A DNA stretch of 64,000 bases from Octopus vulgaris (taxonomy: Eukaryota): contig OX597815.1 in assembly GCA_951406725.2 (NCBI GenBank), positions 201,810,001 to 201,874,000 of the forward strand, written 5' to 3'. The position numbers and the translations under genes were made by a program. The notes under the pieces are model-generated. The model made no database searches. It worked only from the letters and a program-made list of their open reading frames with translations, and was not told where the DNA came from. This document shows positions 56,962 through 64,000 of this stretch, piece after piece; the stretch's first letter is position 1, and each line of letters starts with the position of its first letter.

Positions 56962-57860
56962 GGATTGAGCATCGACATCAAGAAGACTCACTTACTCTAC
57001 TAACCTCCTCCCAATGCCTGTGTTGACAACCCGCCATCGATTCGACTCGAAGGAATTCCACTGGAAAATGTGAACCATTTCTGTTACCTTGGGAGCCATC
57101 TGTCAGCAAAGTAGACCTCAGCAATGAAATCTAACACCGTCTGAAGTGTTCAGGAACAGCTTTCGGCAAGTTTCGAATAAGAGTTTTTGCTGATCGGGAC
57201 ATCCGAACCGAAACCAGACTCATGGTGTACAGGGCAGTCATTATTCCAAACCTCCTTTACGCATCCGAAACCTGGACCCCGTATAGTCACGACCTCAAAG
57301 CGCTCGAGAAATTTCACAAACGCTGTCTTCGGAAGATCAGCTGGGAAGACAGAAGAACAAACGTCAGCGTGCTACAAGAACCAAATATGACCAGCATCGA
57401 AGCCTATGTCATCAAAGGCCAACTAAGATGGAGCGGTCACGTGGTTAGAATGACTGACGAACGACTTCCCAAACAGATCTTCTACTCCCAACTCAAAGAC
57501 GGCAAGCGTACAAAAGGAGGCCAGAAGAAACGCTACAAGGACTCCCTAAAAACGAACCTCAAAAAGTGTGACATCGACTTCATTAACTGGGCGGAAACGG
57601 CAAAAAACAGACCACTCTGGAAAACCACCATCCATGAGGGAACGGCGACTTTCGAGTCGAAAAGGTCTGCAGAGCTGGAGGAGAAAAGACGACGACGGAA
57701 GGAGCGCCAACAACAACCACGTGTGACTTTCCCATCCGGCACTAGATGTCCGCACTGCGACCGATCTTTTCAAGCAAGAATTGGTCTTATCGGTCACCTA
57801 TGGACTCACCAGTAAATTTGCGCGAAGACCATCATCCTCGATCTTGAGGGATTGCCATCA
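56962..57860 (+). mobile_element. 5'-truncated RTE-clade LINE inserted in (TA)n
   Basis: [21 protein letters not shown], then a 197-aa open C-terminus; 3' end catcctcgatcttgagggattgccatca. Confidence 0.92.
57222..57815 (+). pseudogene. RTE ORF2 C-terminal region (RT thumb plus C2H2 finger)
   Basis: VYRAVIIPNLLYASETWT, LRWSGHVVRMTDERLPKQIFY, GGQKKRYKDSLK, CPHCDRSFQARIGLIGHLWTH. Confidence 0.92.
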
Positions 57861-58173
57861 TATATATATATATATATATGATGATGAAAAACACCCTCAT
57901 ATATATATATATATATATATATGAGACAAACACCCCCGGCTGCCGGAACTGCATCCAGGAACACCGTGTTTCTTATTTTGATAATCAGTGAATAAACTTC
58001 ACTGAATATAGATATATACAATTACGAAGTCGAGGCAAATATCACCAGCCGACCTATTTTTTTGGGGGAGTCGTTATTCTGGTGTGTTTGTTTTGAGTGC
58101 GTCATTGTGAAGAGGTTGTGAGTTCGAGTTCGTTGCTGGAGGACGTGGTGAATTTTATTTGGAGATTTTGAAA

Positions 58174-59247
58174 ATGCAAGACCAGACGTATGCGAGAGCA
58201 GCAGGCAGAGGCCTGGTTGCCAGTGAACTAGAAATGGAAGAAGTGGTAGTCGAGAAGAAGACTTTAGAAAAATATTTCGACAGTTTGAAGAGGGAGGGTG
58301 ACTGCGTGAGAGTCACACCGTCCGAAGAAGAAGAAAACAACGCGGAGAAACGTATGATAACATACAGGACATGGTGTGTGGCGTCAAGAAAAATAGAAGT
58401 AGCAAAGACGGAAGAAATAGAGAAATGTCTTCAAGGAATTGAGGGTGAACCTACCTTTTTCAACAGAGGAAGAAAGTATGCCACAGTGGTGGTACACTTT
58501 AAAAATGGAAATGAAGCAAGAAAGAATGCAACAAACATTCTGAAATCTGAAAGGTGGACTTTATTACCTAGTTACTGCGGAAAGAGGGCAGTCACAATAA
58601 GAATTAGTAGGATTTCGCCCGAACTTAACATGGAGAGGATATTAGCGGCAGTAGTTTTCAACTGCAAGGAAAGTGTGGAGGTGGTGAAGGTGGAAAAGTC
58701 AACAGAAGTTAAGTGGTGGGGATATGCGGTACAGGTTCTGGCACATATAACCGTGCCAGACCTATACAACGTCCCGGAGGAGTTGGTCTTCCCTGATGAG
58801 ACACGGCTTAAAGTCGTGGTAGAGGGAAGACCTCCAGTTTCTTATAATTGCAAATTAAGAGGCCACATAAAGGATGTGTGCCCGCTGGAGAAAACGATAA
58901 CACCGCAGGCTGTAACGAAGGAGTGGAAAGATACCTGTGTGGAGGAGGAAGAAGTGCAGGAGGAAACGAAAGCAGTGGAGAGGCAAACGGAGGAGCAGCT
59001 AATTGAGGATGTGGAAGAAGAACGTGCAAGTGCAGAGGATGAAAGAACAGAAGATAGGAATAGAACAAGGGTGGAATCACCACCGAATGTTCTAAAAAAG
59101 AAAGAAATCAAAAGCAAGATAACAGAAGAAAAAGAAGAGAGAACGTGCAAAGAAAAGGACGAACAGACAAAGACAGAGGTAAACCTAGAATGGAGAAAAA
59201 AAGTGAGAGAACAGTTGGATGCTGTAAAAAGGGAAAAAGACCTGTAG
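58174..59247 (+). CDS. L1/Tx1-type ORF1 (gag-like) nucleic-acid-binding protein: putative RRM-like region, zinc knuckle, Glu/Lys-rich coiled tail
   Basis: Longest ORF in the window (362 codons from 58159; first ATG 58174); N-terminal TYARAA; VVEGRPPV(S)YNCKLRGHIKDVCP is CX2CX4HX4C with the first Cys codon TGT changed to TCT. Confidence 0.72.
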   Translation: MQDQTYARAAGRGLVASELEMEEVVVEKKTLEKYFDSLKREGDCVRVTPSEEEENNAEKRMITYRTWCVASRKIEVAKTEEIEKCLQGIEGEPTFFNRGRKYATVVVHFKNGNEARKNATNILKSERWTLLPSYCGKRAVTIRISRISPELNMERILAAVVFNCKESVEVVKVEKSTEVKWWGYAVQVLAHITVPDLYNVPEELVFPDETRLKVVVEGRPPVSYNCKLRGHIKDVCPLEKTITPQAVTKEWKDTCVEEEEVQEETKAVERQTEEQLIEDVEEERASAEDERTEDRNRTRVESPPNVLKKKEIKSKITEEKEERTCKEKDEQTKTEVNLEWRKKVREQLDAVKREKDL

Positions 59248-59534
59248 GAAAATACCTGAAAGTATTCGTGTTGTACGTGAAAGACACAGAAGTGGAAAAA
59301 AGACTTGCAGGTAGGAAAGGATTGATTAGGGTTAAATTACACCCAAAACTGCATGATGACGATGTCAAAGGGGTAGTTGTAGATAAAGGAACATTTACTG
59401 AATTGAAAAGTATGTTTTATCAGGTTTATTTAACGTATTATGTATGTTATGACAATTTGCCAAATGTGATAGACCAGATGGAATTAACAAAGTACATTAC
59501 GGACGAACGTCCAACAGAACTGGAATTTATGTAA
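59145..59534 (+). CDS. Probable frameshifted C-terminal continuation of the ORF1-like protein; unknown domain
   Basis: Overlaps the end of ORF1 in the -1 frame; non-repetitive, protein-like sequence RPVGKYLKVFVLYVKDTEVEKRLAG... Confidence 0.45.
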   Translation: MQRKGRTDKDRGKPRMEKKSERTVGCCKKGKRPVGKYLKVFVLYVKDTEVEKRLAGRKGLIRVKLHPKLHDDDVKGVVVDKGTFTELKSMFYQVYLTYYVCYDNLPNVIDQMELTKYITDERPTELEFM

Positions 59535-59802
59535 TTGTAAAATTGTAACATTGTAAATTGTAAAATGTAAAATTTTATTTTGAACTGGAATATATGTAAT
59601 TGTAAAATTGTAAAATGTAAAATTGTATTTTAAACGGAACTGCGAGTTGGGGAGTTCGTAAGCCGTTCCATCTAACTCATTACACATAATTCATCTTTAT
59701 TTCATATTTTATTTTTTACTTTATGTACCCCATGTCCCGTCTTGTAATGTCCCCTCTGCATTCGGGCCATCGTGCACATAATAAAGATATAATATCACCA
59801 GC

Positions 59803-59878
59803 TGACCGGTGTCTGCTACTCTAGGCCGATGAAGGACAACGATCCTGAAACACGGTGTCCCTAGATGCAGTTCCGGCA
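59803..59878 (+). ncRNA. Type I hammerhead ribozyme, core variant CCGAUGA
   Basis: Stem I tctagg/cctaga extended by ctgc/gcag and ccgg/ccgg; CCGATGA 59826-59832; stem II agga/tcct; GAAA 59847-59850; stem III cac/gtg; GTC cleavage after 59859. Confidence 0.8.
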
Positions 59879-60094
59879 CCCGGGGGTGTTTGTCTCCCCT
59901 TCGTATATGTATATAAGGACACAGGGAAAAAAATGTGTCAAAGCTATCAGGAGGCGTTCGATGCTTCCTAGGGCTATACAGCGGTGGTGTACCCCCTACT
60001 GTCACGTTCTTGCTAGATTGACAGTATACACCCATTCTATCGCCCCACCACCGTACATGTCTCTACGAGAGATTTAGAAATTCAATATTTCTTA

Positions 60095-60146
60095 TTATAT
60101 ATGTATATATATATATATGTATATATATATATGTATATATGTTCAT

Positions 60147-60222
<76 letters not shown>

Positions 60223-60228
60223 TATATT
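60095..60228. repeat. (TA)n microsatellite
   Basis: Direct reading. Confidence 0.95.
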
Positions 60229-60450
60229 TAATCAATATAGGGTAGCAAAAAATTCAATAGAAATTTTTTCGCCACCAGCGGTCCAGTGAGAATGAGTAAA
60301 TAGTCGCAGACTATATATATATAAATTCAACAATATAAAGGAATGACCCTGGTAGGCCATTCGTCTCACTAGAAAGAGCAACCATACTCAAACCGCTAAA
60401 TAGTAGTAATTCAGAAATTAAAGGTAAATCAAAAACATTTACCTTAATCA

Positions 60451-60559
60451 TCCTTGGACAATGCATTGTTTCAACGTAATTTATGGCAAAACCAGCCTAA
60501 TTAAATTAAATTAAATTTAATCAAGTCAATCAACCATTGGTTCGTCTCATCGGCAAGGA
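60451..60559 (-). ncRNA. Type I hammerhead ribozyme (left arm of the palindrome)
   Basis: Minus strand: tccttg-CCGATGA-gacg...cgtt-GAAA-caatgcattg-TC-caagga; palindromic stem III. Confidence 0.72.
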
Positions 60560-60585
60560 AACCAGAAGATTTATTCCTCCTGGTT

Positions 60586-60694
60586 TCCTTGCCGATGAGA
60601 CGAACCAATGGTAGATTGACTTGATTAAATTAAATTTTATTTAATTAGGCTGGTTTTGCCATAAATTACGTTCAAACAATGCATTGTCCAAGGA
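60586..60694 (+). ncRNA. Type I hammerhead copy (right arm) with GAAA mutated to CAAA
   Basis: tccttg-CCGATGA-gacg...cgtt-CAAA-caatgcattg-TC-caagga. Confidence 0.6.
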
Positions 60695-60814
60695 TGATTA
60701 AGGTAAATGTTTTTGATTTACCTTTAATTTCTGAATTACTACTATTTAGCGGTTTGAGTATGGCTGCTCTTTCTAGTGAGACGAATGGCCTACCAGGGTT
60801 ATTCCTTTATATTG

Positions 60815-60873
<59 letters not shown>

Positions 60874-61233
60874 TACATATAAATATACGTACATATACAT
60901 ATATGTGTGAGTGCGTGTGTGTGTATTTGAATGAAGTGTTAAGGGGTATTTGTGCGCTGCAATATCAATTTCAGTATGTTTTACACTAGCATTAAAAATT
61001 TTCGAGATCCTATTGCACTTGTGAGAAAAGCAATGCTTCTGAAGAGAAGAAATATGTACATTCTTTAATTTCAATACCGTCAAATCCGATTACGGGTATG
61101 ATATGTACATCAATTCATAAATGCATACATCCATACACACACTTATGTGCTAGTATACATTATACATATATACGTTTACATACGTATGCATGTATGTATA
61201 TAGATATATGCCTATATACATAGGTAGAGAGAA

Positions 61234-61240
61234 AGATAGG

Positions 61241-61301
<61 letters not shown>
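61234..61301. repeat. (GATA)n microsatellite
   Basis: Direct reading. Confidence 0.95.
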
Positions 61302-61347
61302 GCACACAGGCTTGTACATCATGTACCAGCGTACAAAAAGTCACACG

Positions 61348-61407
<60 letters not shown>

Positions 61408-61408
<1 letters not shown>

Positions 61409-61701
61409 GATATGGGATAAAAATTCTCGAAAAAATGTTTATCAATGGCCAGCATATTAAAAAATACCTTTAATGGTTAAATTTCATAAACAACTTATAA
61501 ACAAGGGCCACAAAAAATTCTAATGCCAAATATGCTGAAATGTAGACTTATTCGTCAATAACCATATCATTTATCACTATAGGCACGTATCTCGAAAGAC
61601 ACGTGCCTATAGTGATAAATTATAAGGTTATTGACGAATAAGTCTACATTTCAGCATATTTGGCATTAGAATTTTTTCTTTTGCCCTTCTTTATAAGTTG
61701 T
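61408..61701. mobile_element. (TA)n-flanked element with a 212-bp foldback (61490-61701)
   Basis: acaacttataa...cactataggcacgtatct-cgaa-agacacgtgcctatagtg...ttataagttgt. Confidence 0.8.
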
Positions 61702-61724
61702 ATATATATATATATATATATTTA

Positions 61725-62105
61725 TATATAATAATAAAAGAGAGATTGTACGTGTGAGCGTGTGTTCCTTATACATTCCCACACCGAGTTGCCGATTTTG
61801 ATGTATGTGGTATCAAAAGATTCAGTACTATTTCCGCTACCAACTAAACTTTATTTTCATTGACATATTTCCATTACAACAATTTTAAATTATAATCTTT
61901 CCAGAACTCAACTATCTTAAGTATTTTATACGACGTCTACGACAATGACGTCACATTTTCTATATGAGCATGTACCTTAAAAGACACCCATCATTTCGAC
62001 AAACACCTTCACTCGCTCATTATATTTCTCCTTCTCTGTGTTTCTCTCTCTCTCGCACACACACACACACACACAGACGTTCATTTCATATACACGTACA
62101 TACGT
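61725..62105 (+). mobile_element. 5' part of a Helitron-like repeat
   Basis: Starts tatataataataaaag; homologous to 52800-53020 and 54460-54570. Confidence 0.5.
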
Positions 62106-63064
62106 GGTATTTTTACGGAATGACCGAGTGAAACGCAGAAAGAGGACAAGACAGAGAGACAAGAGAAAGAAAGAGAGACAGAAAACAAGTTTCTATAGAA
62201 GTTGAAATACGGATAGTGGCTGAGAGACAGAGGCTGGTGCTTCATGCCCTATGTATGTTCTATAGTTGAAATTGAAAGAAAGCCAGCACGAAATGGATAC
62301 TGTATAGGTAAAGGTGAAAGAAAGCGGCACAAATAGAGTGACAAAGCGGGAGGGAGGGGAACCCTGAGAACCCCAGAAATGAGGTCGTATCGTACAATTT
62401 TAAGGTCATTTTCACTTTCCTCCCATGTTGCACGCATGCATAGAAGTAGTCATTATCTTTCTCTTTCAATTTGTCATTTTAATGTACGGAGACCATCTGA
62501 TGTTAACACATTACAACTTCACTATAATTCCTTCTTTTGGAATTAAGAAAGGTATCCAAAAATAACTTCCTTTGGCACACACACATACATATACACACAC
62601 ACATACACACACACATACAAACACGCACGCATACACACACACACACGCACGCACGCACGCACAGTGAATTAAAGTTCTGTATGAATTATGTTACTTTTTG
62701 CAGCACCATTATCCTTCTAAAAGCTAGGTTAATCAAAACACTGGTTTTGGCATTAAACTTTTGAAACATGTCCTAACAAATTTTACCAAATATATACAAT
62801 TTATACCGAAATCCACGATGAAACACATCGTCTTGTTTTTGTATCGCTACCAGGGATGTCGGAAGAAATTTAAGTTAAAACCTTGTACGCTCTTGTAGAA
62901 GCTCAGGGAATTGAAAATGACATATAAGAGGCGTGAACTGGCATGTTGAAATGCATGTTTACGAGTTTCTGGTTAAATTGCGGTACGATTCTGGTTAAAT
63001 TGGTACGTTTCTGTTTTTGCCATTTCTGCCAATGGACCCCGAGAAAAATTCAGCAACTGGGACT

Positions 63065-63254
63065 TACTCTTTTACTCTTTTACTTGTTTCAGTCATTTGA
63101 CTGCAGCCATGCTGGAGCACCGCCTTTAGTCGAGCAAATCGACCCCGGAACTTATTCTTTGTAAGCCCAGTACTTGTTCTATCGGTCTCTTTTGCCGAAC
63201 CGCTAAGTGACCGGGACATAAACACACCAGCATCGCTTGTCAGGCAATGCTAGA

Positions 63255-63304
<50 letters not shown>

Positions 63305-63475
63305 CATATATACGGCAGGCTTCTTTCAGTTTCCGTCTACCAAATCCACTCACAAGGCATTGGTCGGCCCGGGGTTATAGCAGAAGACACTTGCCCAAGA
63401 TGCCACGCAGTGGGACTGAACCCGGAACCATGTGGTTGGTTAGTAAGCTACTTACCACACAGCCACTCCTGCGCC
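63065..63475 (-). mobile_element. SINE family B
   Basis: Near-identical to 13488-13888. Confidence 0.9.
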
Positions 63476-63629
63476 TATGTAAATCTTATAAATCTTTTTA
63501 ATAGACTTTACTTTCTTTTGCCGAAAAGTGAACGCTTTGGCCTTTTTGCCTGTTGCTGTTGTACCAATAGGACTGCAATGCTTGAAACAAAGTACACGTG
63601 TAAATGTATTGGCGTTTATTGAAAAGATA

Positions 63630-63995
63630 GCATATACTTTTGTAAATGGAATGCTAAGACAAAATGGAAGACGGTCAAAGCCAAAATTTTCAATACCTGA
63701 ATGGAATTTTTACGAGTTCACACTTGATGGTAAAGCACGTACAATGAATTCTATTGAAGGACGGCATAGAAGATTTAGTGTTTTAAGATCGAATTCAAAT
63801 ATATATAATGTTGTTGATGTTCTAAGACGTGAAGAACAAATCATCAAACAAGATTATCTCATCTTACCGTAGGAGCAAGCCCCAAGACGAAAAGTACTAA
63901 AGAAGCAAGAAGAGAGAAAATGATACTACAAGTTGTTACCCATTAGCAGAATCGATCAATGGAAGATTACCTTCGTAGTATTGTGCATAATCAGG
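63630..63995 (+). mobile_element. MULE-type transposase C-terminal fragment
   Basis: PKFSIPEWNFY...GKARTMNSIEGRHRRF...NIYNVVDVLRREEQ (RTNNxxEGWH motif) and DYLRSIVHN. Confidence 0.7.
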
Positions 63996-64000
63996 GTTCT

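Larger units (their letters stand above)
57923..59904 (+). mobile_element. RT-less unit with 50-bp terminal inverted repeats, a gag/ORF1-like ORF and a 3' hammerhead
   Basis: 57923-57972 equals the reverse complement of 59847-59896 at 47/50; 17-bp direct repeat aatatcaccagcYgacc at 58038 and 59791; AATAAA at 59780; TA-rich flanks. Confidence 0.75.
60325..60820. repeat. ~496-bp near-perfect palindrome between (TA)n tracts, made of two inverted hammerhead-bearing repeats
   Basis: Arms of ~243 bp, centre ~60569-60576, only a few mismatches. Confidence 0.95.

Noticed and set aside
59220-59250. Programmed -1 frameshift between the two ORFs
   Set aside because: No in-frame X XXY YYZ heptamer found; a 1-nt indel is simpler

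Overview
AT-rich, repeat-saturated eukaryotic (animal) intergenic or intronic DNA. The tRNA-derived SINE families and dense (TA)n/(CA)n microsatellites resemble octopus (coleoid cephalopod) genomes; this is an inference from recognition, not a database result. No host gene can be supported, and most ORF-track entries are microsatellite artefacts. The window holds decayed R4/Dong-type and RTE non-LTR retrotransposons, several Tc1/mariner relics, Helitrons (one nested in another), a MULE fragment, a Penelope-like (GIY-YIG) element and many SINEs. The most striking unexplained structure is a set of type I hammerhead ribozyme motifs with palindromic stem III, sitting in or next to (TA)n tracts, often inside foldback palindromes (18370, 19886, 43883, 59803, 60451/60586, plus remnants). 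One of them ends a ~2 kb unit (57923-59904) that has 50-bp terminal inverted repeats, an inner 17-bp direct repeat and a nearly intact gag/ORF1-like zinc-knuckle ORF, but no reverse transcriptase. This unit is a candidate RT-less, ORF1-carrying hammerhead retroelement. All folds and alignments were done by eye.
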